A stretch of 64,000 nt of DNA from Octopus bimaculoides (taxonomy: Eukaryota), in assembly GCF_001194135.2 (NCBI RefSeq), contig NC_068983.1, forward strand, positions 109,814,709 to 109,878,708, given 5' to 3'. Below are positions 12,430 through 24,005 of this stretch, piece after piece. The notes beneath the pieces were generated by a model, which did no database searches, was not told the origin of the DNA, and saw nothing but the letters and a program-made list of their open reading frames with translations. Positions within the stretch are counted from its first letter, which is position 1. Each line of letters begins with the position of its first letter. A program made the position numbers and the translations under genes.

Positions 12430-12930
12430 TCAATAGAATTTTGCTGGTGGCAAATAAAAAGCACCTTTTGAGCGTTGGGCTTCACAGAGGTAATGTGACC
12501 AATGTCAGTATCATGTAACTAATACTTGTGCTAGTGTCATGCAACTTGAACCTGTGGCAGTGTCGCACAATTAGCACCTGTTCCAGTGTCATACAACTAG
12601 CACCTGTGCCAGAGGCTTCAATCATTGTGCCTCATGGATGCAATGATAAATGACAGGTCTTCAGCAACATCCTGTGCTTGAGTAGAAGACTCATGAAGTG
12701 AAATAGTAGCCATAGCAGATACTGGTGTCATGCAGCTGGCATCTCTGCCGGTGGCACTGAAAAAGCACCCATTACACTCTCAGAATGGTTGGTGTTAGGA
12801 AGGGCATCCAGCCATAGAAGCCATGCCAAATCAAACTGGAGTCAGGCGCAGCTCCTCAGCTGGCCAGCCCTGGTCAAACTGTCCAACACATACCAGCATA
12901 GACACCAGATGTTAAATGATGATGATGAAA
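12430..12930 (+). mobile_element. RTE-tail retroposon copy with internal subrepeats
   Basis: Repeated (C/T)AACTAGCACCTGTG units, TGGTGTTAGGAAGGGCATCCAGCCATAG, and tail GATGTTAAATGATGATGATG. Confidence 0.75.
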
Positions 12931-13579
12931 TCCTTACCTTTTTTCACACTAGTCTATGGAAAAACCTAAAAAGCGGTAGGCACTGGATGGATAATGTAAA
13001 AAAATGAATAATGAATTACATTGCAAAATTAAAACTGTCTGATTAGATTGAATTATTGTTTTGTTTTGTTTTTTGCTACTTCTTGCAAAATATGGGGAGG
13101 GTATTTATAAAATGCCATTCCATGAAAGTGGGCACTAAGTTATAAAATTTTAGAAACACTAACCTAGTTGACATAACCTAGTTTGTGCTAGTGGAGGTGT
13201 TAGTGATAGCTTTGAGAATGGTCGTTCAGAGACACACTGACATGGAATCCATATATACTGAGATGATATGTTGCATTCCAAATTATGTTGAAATGGATAA
13301 ATATTGAAGATGAACATGTCTTGCTTAAAGTTCTAGAGGTGAATTTAATTATTTTGTTTGCTGAATTTTTAGCACAAAATTCAGTCAAATGGTTTTTTTT
13401 TTTCCACTTGAAAATTCAGGAAAAAGGATATTGAAAATAAATTTTTATCCACGTACAACTTTATTCTCTGGGTATATAGGTACACTTTAAACTGATGCTT
13501 CATTTCATTGAAACTGCAGATTTTTCTATTTTTTTTGGAATGAGCATACATTAATGCTTGGCAATAAAGTTAGCCTATG

Positions 13580-13791
13580 AAAGCAACAAGTTGGCAGAAT
13601 CATTAGCACGCCAGGCAAAATGCTTAACAACATTTCATCCATCTTTATGTTCTGAGTTCAAATTCCACCAAGTTCTACTTTGCCTTTCATCTTTTGAGGT
13701 TAATAAAATTAGTGCAGCTGAGCACTGGGGTTGATGTAATTGATTTTCCCCCTCCCCTGAAATTGATGGTCATATGTCAAAATTTGAAACC
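13580..13791 (+). mobile_element. tRNA-derived SINE (family A)
   Basis: A-box-like TGGCAGAATCATT, B-box GAGTTCAAATTCC, and conserved CTTTGCCTTTCATC..GAGGTT. Homologous to 17950-18148, 35030-35232 and 63235-63420. Confidence 0.75.
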
Positions 13792-13829
13792 AGTAGATTT
13801 AGCCTCAAGTTGCCTAATACCAGGCCTGT

Positions 13830-15150
13830 AAACACTCCCTTGTTTAGCATTTCCTAACCCAACTGTCATCAGCTATGTGCATATCCTGCCAATGCAATAC
13901 TCTTATTGCATAATGCATCTAATTCCTCTCATACTCAGTCTTTTTTGCTGCTCACTTTTTTCTATTTACTACATTCACTACTTGTATTTTACTACCTTGC
14001 AATATTACACTCTATACAGAAGCATCATGCACTCTCTTTTTCTTCTTTCTTTTTTGTTGAATATTTGCTTCCAGAATAGTCATCTTCAGACGTAATCATA
14101 TCACGTAGCTGACAAAACTATAAGCTACATTTCATGAGCCTTTTCTGTCAGCCTACTTATGATCACACTATGTCTTTTGTATATTTGTTGTTTTGCAGCA
14201 TGTACACCAAAAGGAATTCATGTCTTCTTTATTTCTACATATTGAGCATGGCCACTTTCCAGATGTTAGTAGAGTCATGTTTTCATTCCTGCTAACTGAA
14301 GCACTTGCCTTGGTTTAGTTTACTTTGAGGCATCCTTTTCCTATGAAACGCTTCTGCAGTTGAAATTTGTTTCTAAATCTTTGGTATATTCAGCTATGAA
14401 ACCTAAATTAACCAGTATTAAATTACCTTGTTATAGTCTGAAGGACCATTATAAAGTTAAAGGGGCTGAGAACCAAATTCTGATTGACATTACTTATTTG
14501 TTAAATTCTTGAGTGAACTCCTTGCTATCTTTCATCTTAGTAACAGCAGTATCTTTCTACATGGCTTGCATGGACACTCTCACAAGACATTTATCTACAC
14601 TTAGCTTGCATAATAAACACACCAGCCTATAATGTGTGTATCTTGTCAGAATCCTTCAGAAGATACAGTGGCTTTCTCAAAGGTATAACATTCCTCTTGT
14701 TAGGAAATAAACGTCATTAGTATCTTGTTCTGGCAGAAACCTGAACTGAATCTGATCTAAGTTGTTTCTCTTCTTGATGAGTTATGCTAAAATTTTTGCT
14801 GTTACTTTCACAACTTCCTCCTTCAGTCATGATTTTTTTCTAGTTACTTTTACTTCCAATATCTCCTTCACTCTCGTTGCAAATAATGATGTTACATCTA
14901 AGTTAGTCACTGAGTATGGTACCACTCTGTATCATCTGATTGACTTGAACTTTTGTGTGTATATTTACTTATATGCTTTTCATGGTGTATGCATTGGATG
15001 GTTCAGTAGGATCCAAATTTTAAGGAATATGTGTTGCGTAGACATCTACATTTTGATATTGTTACAATGGCATCTTCTCTCATAATACCAGTGTTATAGA
15101 GGTTATTTTGCTCTCAGCAAGATGAAAAACTCTTTCAAACATGTGTTTCT
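13830..15150 (-). mobile_element. Decayed RTE LINE (RT to C-terminus)
   Basis: Minus strand gives LIKKRNNLDQIQFRFLPEQDT, NQNLVLSPF..IMVLQTIT, SGKWPCSICR and IRCIMQ..LHW...DSWVRKC, with many stops and frameshifts. Confidence 0.75.
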
Positions 15151-15789
15151 CTGATCTATTCACCAAACAAGCTTTCAGAGTGTACTGGGTGCTTTTTTTG
15201 TTTTATGAGTACTAGTGAGGTCATCTCAATTCAAAAGACTGAAAAACTGTCATGACTGAAAGAAAAGAGAATGTGTGGTGGTTTTAGGGGAGGTGTTGAG
15301 AAAAGTTAAAGTGTGATAAAAGAAAGAAATTCATTGTTATGCAAGAGTGGCTGTGGAGCGAGTAAGAACGAAGACAGTGCTGGTGAGTTTAATGGAAGGG
15401 AAAGAATGGTGTCAGTGGCTAGTGAGAAAGAGAGATGGGCCAGTGTGATAAGGGTGATGGGAATGGTTGAGTAGAGGCAGCTCAGTGCAACCCCATGTTA
15501 TAAGGGTAAATATGGAGAATATGGATGAATTGGGTAGGTACGCATGAAAGAAAGATGGAGAAGAAGGGGCTAAGGAGCTGGAGAACTGTGGGGAGAGGGC
15601 CACTGAAAGAAAGAGCTGAAGAGGTGTCATGAAAGAAGAAGAAGTGGCGAGAATGAGGGATGAGAGGATGTTAAGGCAGCAAAGAACCATGGGGAGGTTG
15701 TCAGAGAGAGTGAGAGAAAAGAAGACAGAGATATAGAAGCAGTGAGGGAACAATGAAAGAAAACAGTGTAGTATTCGCTTTGTCATGCT

Positions 15790-17060
15790 TACATGAGAGT
15801 GCAGGTCTTCTCTAGCTTTGCATGCAACCATTTGATGCTGTCTGCTGTCTTCTATTCTGTGAGGTTCTGTATCTTGAGATTGGTTTTCACCATTTCATTC
15901 TATATCTTTTTAGCTCTTCCTCTTCTAATAGCACTGTCTACTTTGAGCACTCAGCAGTTTGTTATCCCTTCTCATCACATGCACACACAATGTAGTCTTC
16001 TTTCTTGCATATTGCATCTGATTCCTTTTCAACACAGCTTTTCTTTCAGGTTATTTGTACTCAGACTTTCATGTGCACTAATATTATACATGCAGCAAAA
16101 CATGCTCACTTTCCTTTTAGCCTTTGCAAATCCTCTGCATCCAAAGCACATGTCTCACTTCTATGTAAAATCTTACTTTGCACACAAGCATCATACAATT
16201 TTCTCTTGACTAATGAAGAGGATTTTGTTAAAAGGAACATTTTTAACTTGTTCTTACTCTGACCACTTTGATTCAGAACACTCACACCCACTGCTAATCA
16301 GATTACCTAGCTAACAGAAATTATGGATTACTCCTTTAGAGCCAGCTGGGCTGCTGAGAGAACATATTTCCTTGGTACACTTTGTGCTTAATGCTCCTGT
16401 GCTTATGCCACATAAAGCCTTTACTGTTAACATGACTTTGTATTTCATACACCTGATGTGGTCCATTATTTACATTAGGCATATTGCTTCGAGTGTTTGC
16501 CTTCTCCTTTTCTGTGTTTTATGCACTGCAATTACCCTGATGGTAGTAGAGACCTGATTTTTCTATTTAGCATAATTTTAGCCTTTGATTTTAGGCTTTG
16601 ATTATTTTAAGGCCGTTCAATTCCTGGTTTTATTTATATGTCTGAAATTCATTCTCCAAATCTTTTAAAGGTTCTGCTGTATGAACAAAGTCATCAGCAA
16701 ACAGGAGTTCTCATGGATAGCTAATCTCAAACTAATCTCTAATAGATTAAAGGACTTTAACAAAAAGGAAGATAGTTAAGAACTGAGCACTGATGGATCC
16801 CTATCTGTATCACTAAACTCATTGGTTACTCACACCTTACTGACTGCATCAGTGTACATGGCTCGTTTGACCATCACAAACTATACATCTACCAGTTCCC
16901 ATAATGAAAAACCAGATGACAGCACGGTACCCTACCAGTGGCCTTCTCTACATTAGTGAACGCTTGGTATAGTGTCTCTCTTTTTTGGCAGAGACCTCTC
17001 TTGCAGTTGCCTCACTTTTCTGTGCTAAACTTGTTTCTAATTGAGTTTGCTTTATATATA
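15790..17060 (-). mobile_element. Decayed RTE LINE (RT to C-terminus), second copy
   Basis: Minus strand gives ..HQCSVL.., WELLFADD-like (GAACTCCTGTTTGCTGATGAC), YLGNLIS-like, KRKLYDACVQSKILHRSET (ORF 16106-16291) and RRGRAKK. Confidence 0.8.
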
Positions 17061-17309
17061 GCGGGTGTGTTTATAAATGTTTAAATATGTATTATCATCA
17101 TTTATCTGCTCTTTAGTGCTGGCATAGGTCAGAGGCAGCATTTTATAGAAAGATGTCTTCAGTGCCAACAGTTCAGTCACCTCTTATAACAAAGAGATAT
17201 GTGGTGTACTTATTTTAAAACATGCCTACACATAGTATTATATGTTTGCAATGAATACCATGTTTCAACTGAAAACATGTATGTTTGTATGCTTACATAT
17301 GTATATATG

Positions 17310-17341
<32 letters not shown>

Positions 17342-17949
17342 NNNNNNNNNNNNNNNNNNNNNNNNNNNNNNNNNNNNNNNNNNNNNNNNNNNNNNNNNNN
17401 NNNNNNNNNNNNNNNNNNNNNNNNNNNNNNNNNNNNNNNNNTATATGCACATAATATATACACCAGATGTGCCAAATCATGAGGATTCGTTCAAAGAGAG
17501 TGTCAAAAAGATGAAGTGTTAACTAACCTAGATGACAATCTTCACTTAATTTTTATAGGAGACTTCTAATTCCCTAATTCTGAATGGGCTATGGGCTGCT
17601 TTCTCTCAAGTATGTCACTACATAAACAGAGACAGGCAGAGTCTCTGCTCAAACTTACAAACATGCTCTTTACAGAGCAAATAGTGCTCCACCCAATAAA
17701 GATTAAAAATGTTCTGGACCTCTGCTTCACAAATAACACGATGCTCATCCATAATGTTAAGGTGACACTAACTATTTTCTTAGCCCATAGCTTTTCCATT
17801 AACCATAGAAAATTGCAGACATATCTACTAGAAGCTCCCATTCCTTTCAAGCCTGAACTTCAATAAAGCTGATTGGAAGTGTATTGAGAAAAAGGTCATG
17901 GAACAAAACTGGTCTACCAGTCACTCTACTCAAAATATACTTTTCTACT

Positions 17950-18148
17950 CTAGGCTAAAGACCCTAAATTTCAGTGGGGAGGGCAGTTGATTGGATTGAC
18001 TCCAGTATGCAACGGGTACTTAATTTATCGACCTCAAAAGGATGAAAGGCACAGTCGACCTCAGCGGAATTTAAACTCAGAACGTAAAGACAGGCAAAAT
18101 ACCAGTAAGCGTTTCACTTGGTGTGCTGACATTTCTGCCAGCTTGCCA
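17950..18148 (-). mobile_element. tRNA-derived SINE (family A) inserted in the CR1-like LINE
   Basis: GTACTTAATTTATCGACCTCAAAAGGATGAAAGGCACAGTCGACCTCAGCGGAATTTAAACTCAGAACG...TTCTGCCAGCTTGCC is the reverse complement of the 13580 family. Confidence 0.8.
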
Positions 18149-18786
18149 TCTTACTCTACACAGGGTATTGACATAAAGCTACATCTCTTTATGACAATCA
18201 TGTATGACACCTGCAGTAAATCTGCTCTTGTGAGAATGTCAGACCTATGGGAAAACAATTCCCAGGTGTAGGAAGATTCTCATGAGACGATGAGCAAAGA
18301 TCTCAAACCATCTAAATTGGCCGCTGAAGGATAGCAAAGTATTCTATCTTAAACAAACATTGCTTCCGTTTGAAAGTGAACTCAGACACTCTCATGAAAA
18401 GGGGAGGGCAATGAAAGAAGCTAGGGTTGTAGAAAATGTAAAAGACAACCCATAAAGCCTTTTATAGATTTGCAAAAGTGTCTGCTTCAGTATGGTACAA
18501 CGTAGGGCCACTGTTCGAAGAAAATGGCTCCCCAACTGCAAACCTCAGAGGTTCAGTGAAATACTGAATGCGCAATACAAAAGTGTTTTCACAACTTTGT
18601 TGGAACACTTGCATATAGTTATGCCTGATGACTTATTTGTTACCACAGCTCTACACAAAAGATGACAATTTTTGATTACATCAAAATAGTGGAAACTGAT
18701 GTAATGTCAGCCATTAATGAAATGAGCTTAAACCCAGCCTCAGGCCTGTGAATTTCCAACAATTCTCTGATAGAAATGCAAAGGGA

Positions 18787-18882
18787 CTCTCATAAGACCA
18801 CTACAGATACTCTCATAAGATCACTACAGATACTCTCATAAGATCACTACAGATACTCTCATAAGATCACTACAGATACTCT
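18787..18882. repeat. 23-bp minisatellite, 4 copies (CTCTCATAAGATCACTACAGATA)
   Basis: Four head-to-tail units, one substitution in unit 1, no spacers. It lies inside the LINE ORF. Confidence 0.95.
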
Positions 18883-20116
18883 TCCTTGTCACTGGGAGAC
18901 TACCCAGAAAGTTAATGGAAGGCATAATATGTTCTATCTACAAAGGAGGTTGCAGAGCAGATGCTAAAAATTACATGCTTGTCTCTCTAAACTCACATGT
19001 TCGCAAAGTCATGGAATGTATTGTCAGGAGAAAGCTGATCACCTTCCTAGGACATAAGAACTTGTTCCCTGATACCCAGCATGGCTTCCAATCAGGAAGA
19101 AGCTGTCTTACACAGCTTCTACATCATTATGAATAAGCATTGAAACCACTAATGAATCACTCAAACATTGATGTGATATATCTCAATTTTGTAAAGCACT
19201 TTGATAAGGCCAATCATGGAATGATAATTCACAAGCTATGGAGACTCAATATAGTCAGAAAACTGAGAAACCAGGCTGTGGAAATAAATAGGACCTCTGA
19301 GGAGACAGTAATAGCGAGTGGAGTGCTTCAGAGAACTGTCTTGGGGCTGCTGTTGTTTATGGTAATTCTTTTGGATATTCTATAGCCATCAGTTACACGC
19401 ACATCTACACTTACTAGGTGTGTCAATGACACAAAAATAGTACAAGCAGTCAAGGAACCCTTTGAGATTAATCTTCTACAGAAGGACCTACTTGCCATAT
19501 GTAAATGGACTGAAGAAAGCAACTTGCAATTTGATGCAGGAAAATTTTAAGCACTCTACTATCAACTAGCTGCAATAAAGATACTTTGAACCAGAAAGAG
19601 CAACAATCTCAGAGTCAAGTACAGTGTGTGATCTAAAGTTTGATACGAGCAATGACACCTCATTTCACGTGCATATTAGCAAATGGTGGCAATATGCAAG
19701 CGAATGACTGGATGGATTCTAAAACCTTTCAGCACAAGGGACCAGAAAACTATGCTGGTTTTAAGGAATACATTTGTCCTCAGCCATCTGGACTATTGCT
19801 CTCAACTGTGGTCACAACACAGTGTCAAATTAATAGCAGAACTTGAGGAATAGCTGAACTACTGGAAGAGACTGAAAAAACTACAACTCTACTCCCTGAA
19901 GCAAAGATGGGAGAGATATGCAGTGATATTCATATAGAAGGTCCTGGTGGGATTGACACCAGAGTTTGACATTAAGAGCTATACCATACTCTGGACCAGA
20001 TATCACTGCACTGTTCCAAAGGTTCCATTAACCCTGTTGGAGTCATTTCCATACCTAATCATTAACTTTTGTAGTAGGGGTTCTGAATGAGAGGGGAAGA
20101 TATGAGACAACCCCCA

Positions 20117-21310
20117 AAAATGGTCATGCAAAAGTTTTCAGCCACCTTGCACAAACCAATCAAGATACACCATTTTAAAACAGAAAAATGTCTATAATGA
20201 AAATTTATTACACAATGTTCATTTCAAGAAGTTACTGTACATTGTTAATATTTCATATGGCTTCCCTTAGCTTGAATAATCGATGCAATGCAAATCCTTC
20301 ACCATCTTCACAGGTATGAGATGCCATTCTCTGTGGTTGAGCTTCCATAACACTTCAAGATTGGGTGGATTCTTCTGATGAACTCTTCTCTTTAATTCTG
20401 TTCACATTTGCTTGATGTTATTTAAGACAGGATTCTGAGCTGGTTGCAAACTTTTTTTTACGATGAGAATTCCAGACCCCAGTAATGGACTCATTTGCAT
20501 ACAGCCAATCAGAGCTCACCTTGACCTTGTCAAGTTAATTAAGGTTGGCATTCAAGAACGATGTGTAAGTCGACCAATCACCAAGTTATGCCTGATTTTG
20601 GAAGGAGACAAGTAGTTAGATTTGCGTCTATACCTATTATTGGATTTTGTTAGGGCCCCATATGGTAAAGATGTGGATGGGAAAAATGTGGGTAGTAGAG
20701 GGTGATGTGCAAGCAACCTTCTCTTACTGTTTTACAAAGTAAACAACACAAAGGCAACTATGTTTGAAACAAGAAAAAGAACAACAAGCATTATTAAAAG
20801 AGAAAAGAAGGGTAGTCATTCTTTACCCAAGTGACCTTATCTTATTGCCCATCACTTGTTATGCGCACATAAACTAATTTGATAGTTGAGCTCTGATTGG
20901 CTGTATGCAAATGAGTTCATAACTGGAGTCCAGAAGCCTTGTGGGAAAAAAAATTTCGCTAGCTGGCTAATCTTTCAATACGGTAACTCCTTCATCAGCC
21001 AGACTCTGTTGTGTTGCATGTAGTCTGTGGCATGGCACTCTGTCATGCTGAAAAATCTCACCTCCAGCCAAGTCTGGTATCAAATTGTCCTCTCGCAACT
21101 GGGTGTATTTGGCACTATTCAAGTTACTGTCAATTTTAACTGACTTTCTTGAACCCTCACTTTTTATGTATCTCCAAAGCATCAGACTCTTACTCTCTAA
21201 CTTCACTGTTTTCATCATATAATATGTCATTTTGCTTTCCGGGAGGCATTCTGAAAAATTCCTGTTTATTAGAAAGTGAAATGACTGACATTACATGATG
21301 AAACCAGTGA
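20117..21310 (-). mobile_element. Tc1-like transposon remnant (DDE domain plus 3' TIR), split by a MITE
   Basis: ORF 20967-21230 gives LMLWRYI...NLNSAKY...EIFQHDRVPCH...VLKD. It continues beyond the insertion as (W)PAQNP.LN.I.QM and ends SIIQAKGSHMKY*. TIR-like TGGTCATGCAAAAGTTTTCAGCCAC near 20118. Confidence 0.8.
20446..20959. mobile_element. Non-autonomous DNA transposon (MITE-like, 514 bp) with about 73-bp TIRs and a degenerate 9-bp TSD
   Basis: Perfect 30-bp inverted match 20489-20518 / 20887-20916. Flanking GAGCTGGTT (20437-45) and TAGCTGGCT (20960-68) duplicate the Tc1 W-P-A codons. A 9-bp TSD would suggest the Mutator superfamily (inference). Confidence 0.7.
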
Positions 21311-21459
21311 AGTTTGGGAGAAAGTATGCATAGCAGAGTTCAAGGTTTATCTGTGTGAAGATTCTGCCTGCTTTAGCTGATTACTATGGCAACAGTCCAG
21401 GTACTTATTGATCAGCAGACCTTGTATATGTACAGGTATATTTATATATGTGTGTGTGC

Positions 21460-21496
<37 letters not shown>

Positions 21497-21586
21497 ATTT
21501 AAAATTTAGGGTTCACCAAGTATTGCTTCACCACACACCGAAAATTAGAAATAGCAGCCAAAACTACTATTTCTCTACTAAAATAT

Positions 21587-21626
<40 letters not shown>

Positions 21627-21689
21627 CATTTTCCTGTCGTGCTTTCTGTTTGCCACTTAATTCCTCCACATTACAAATTTCATTTAATT

Positions 21690-21870
21690 TGTTTTCGCGG
21701 GAAGAGCTATTCTAACAATGCGTCCTGCTCTAACTCTTCGAAACGCTTAGTTTAGAATAGGGGCAGCTGATGAAGGAAATGTTCCCTATGTGGCCTGTTT
21801 GTTTTCTGTGCTCTATTTATGTTCTGTTTTTCATTTTGTCCACGTTTTTTGTGACGTCCGTACCTAGATA
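21690..21870 (+). mobile_element. Probable PLE terminal-repeat fragment with scrambled hammerhead parts
   Basis: 8-bp stem CTATTCTA/TAGAATAG enclosing TTCGAAACGCTTAGTT, followed by GCTGATGAAGG. The T-rich body resembles 4110-4290. Confidence 0.35.
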
Positions 21871-21941
21871 TGCATCTATATATACATGTAGATGTAGGTA
21901 TGTACATAGATGTACGTATATATATACTCACATATTATTTG

Positions 21942-21986
<45 letters not shown>

Positions 21987-22129
21987 GAGAGAGAGAGAGG
22001 GAGGGAGGGAGAGAAAGTGAGTGAAACAACAATAGTATATTGACTGAAATGAATTTTAGGTTAAGTAACATTTCTTTAAGAAGAATTGAAATCCGCACAG
22101 ACATCCTTTTTAATAATTGTTGTATATTC

Positions 22130-22260
22130 TAGAATAAGAATAAGATGGAGAAAGTTCAGAGAGCTCTTACGTCTGTTGGCAACCAAAGTTCTCTCTCTTC
22201 CTCTGAGTAAAGGGTAGATTGTATTATGTGTATGAACTGTGAAACTGCACAGTAGTGAGA
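22130..22260 (+). mobile_element. Short RTE LINE fragment
   Basis: RIRIRWRKFRELLRLLATKVLSL..KGRL, the same region as in the minus-strand RTE copies. Confidence 0.7.
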
Positions 22261-23329
22261 TGTAAAATCACTGGTGCCACTTAAAAGCACCTGTGATGGT
22301 ACCACATAAAAAGCATCCAGTATACTTGGTGGAGTGGTTGGCATTAGGAAGGATATCAGATGTTAAACGATGATGAATATGTGACTATTAAAATTTCAAA
22401 TTACATTATGTCAGTTAAAATTTTGTGTGTTATGTCGAGTAAAATTTTATGTATTGTAAGAGAAGAGTTTTACCCATTTATTTATTTGAAATGAAAATAT
22501 GAATAAGTTATCTTTGTTTTAAGTTGAACTAGAAATAGTTCAAACATGATTATAAATTTAGAATACAGAATATTTTTCTTACACAATAACGGAGAATTAA
22601 TTTAGTGTAAAAAAATCTTTTTATTGACTTATAATTGTCTGTAATTATGTTGTTTATTCTAAAATATATTCCCATAAGAAATGTTTGAAATAACCCTTGC
22701 TTATCACATTTAAAGACAATACCTGTTTCAGAAGGCTTATACCTAAAGCTATATTTTCATAGAATTTTTTCTCAAAAGGTTTCTGAATTTCATGTATAAA
22801 AATGCTTACAATTATAATATAGAAGAATTGACTCATGTTGAGTTGAAAAAAAAATTCTTTTGTGCACATTTCATTACACTGTAGTAAAATCTTATTATAA
22901 CTCTTTTTCTTTTAGTATGTTAAGTGTAATTTAAATGAAAATATTCATTGTTCAAGTTGAATATTTGTATGTATATTGGTACAAGTATAGACAAAAAGTT
23001 TACTTCACAGTTACATGGTTCTGAGTTCAATCCAACCATGTGATATATTGCAGAAATGTTTTCTGTTGTACTCTAAAGTGGGCTAGTGCTTTAATCCTTT
23101 TGTGACCATAATTCTTATAAAATACATTGTCTGTATTTTTCAATTAATTTTGAAAATAATCAAGAATTTAAAAGAATTAATAAAATACCCACATATGTAT
23201 CAAATTCTTTTTTTGAAATTTGGAGTAAATGTTGTTAATGCCAAAGCATGCTAACATACAAATCAGTAGATAACATGCAACTTATGAATTTTGTTGTCTC
23301 AACTGTGCAGACAAGCCATATTTATTTTC

Positions 23330-24005
23330 AAGCATTGCCAATATCCCATCAGTTCACACAGAATCATTGACATTGATACTTAAATTATGTTTGGCAAAAA
23401 TGCCTTTTATCAGTGCATTATATCCTTTGCAGTTGTGTCTGATGTCAGATTTTGAAACCGGAAAGTTTCCTTCACTAATGTGCTGTGTTAACAACAACAG
23501 GAGATATCAACTTATGCATCCATTTGAAAAGAGATGTTTAGAAGGCTATCTCTGTCATTTGAGATGCCTTTGCCCAAAATATTTTCACTCAACTCACTCA
23601 TGTTGGTTGTTAATAACACTAATTGATTGAAGCAATTGTTTTGGTTTTGTTCTTATTCCTTGACCTAGGACAATAGTTCCCATTTCCAATGTGCATGGCT
23701 TAAGGTCTGCCATTGTGTGGTGTATCTTGATCATCTAATATGCCACTTAGTAAGAACTGAAATGTAGTTTTTCAACAGAAATGAAATCCAGCTTTGGATG
23801 AGTTCTTCTAGAATGGAAATGAGTATTTTTGACTTTCAGTGACCCATCATTTGTTCTTCAGCATCAGCTCTGCCATGCTTTGTTTTTGGAGTGCTTTTGA
23901 AGTGAGAATAGCTCTAGATATTTTTTAGAAAATCAAGTGCTACCAAGAATACACTGGAGATTTTGCTAGCCATCATTTCCTGTTGTGCAAATGAAGCCAA
24001 AGCAC
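23330..24005 (-). mobile_element. hAT (Charlie/Buster-type) transposase remnant
   Basis: Minus strand gives GFICTTGNDG (BED finger start), KNKAW/KHGRA-like, KPCTLEMGTIVLG, SENIL, ISFQMD, TTAKDI..IKGIFAKHNL and ..TDGILAML, with frameshifts. Confidence 0.7.

Larger units (their letters stand above)
17520..20035 (+). mobile_element. CR1/L2-group LINE ORF2 remnant (APE end plus RT), interrupted by a SINE
   Basis: NVLDLCFTNN..LIHNVKVT, YMLVSLNSHVRKVMECIV, QHGFQSGRSCLTQLLHHYE, IDVIYLNFVKHFDK, SGVLQRTVLGLLLF, VNDTK, and a RWERYA 3' motif (ORFs 17591, 18915, 19140). Confidence 0.85.

Noticed and set aside
13580-13660. tRNA gene
   Set aside because: The A/B boxes belong to a multi-copy SINE head with body and tail, and no cloverleaf is preserved.
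18787-18882. CRISPR-like array
   Set aside because: The repeats are contiguous with no spacers, and the context is eukaryotic with no cas genes.
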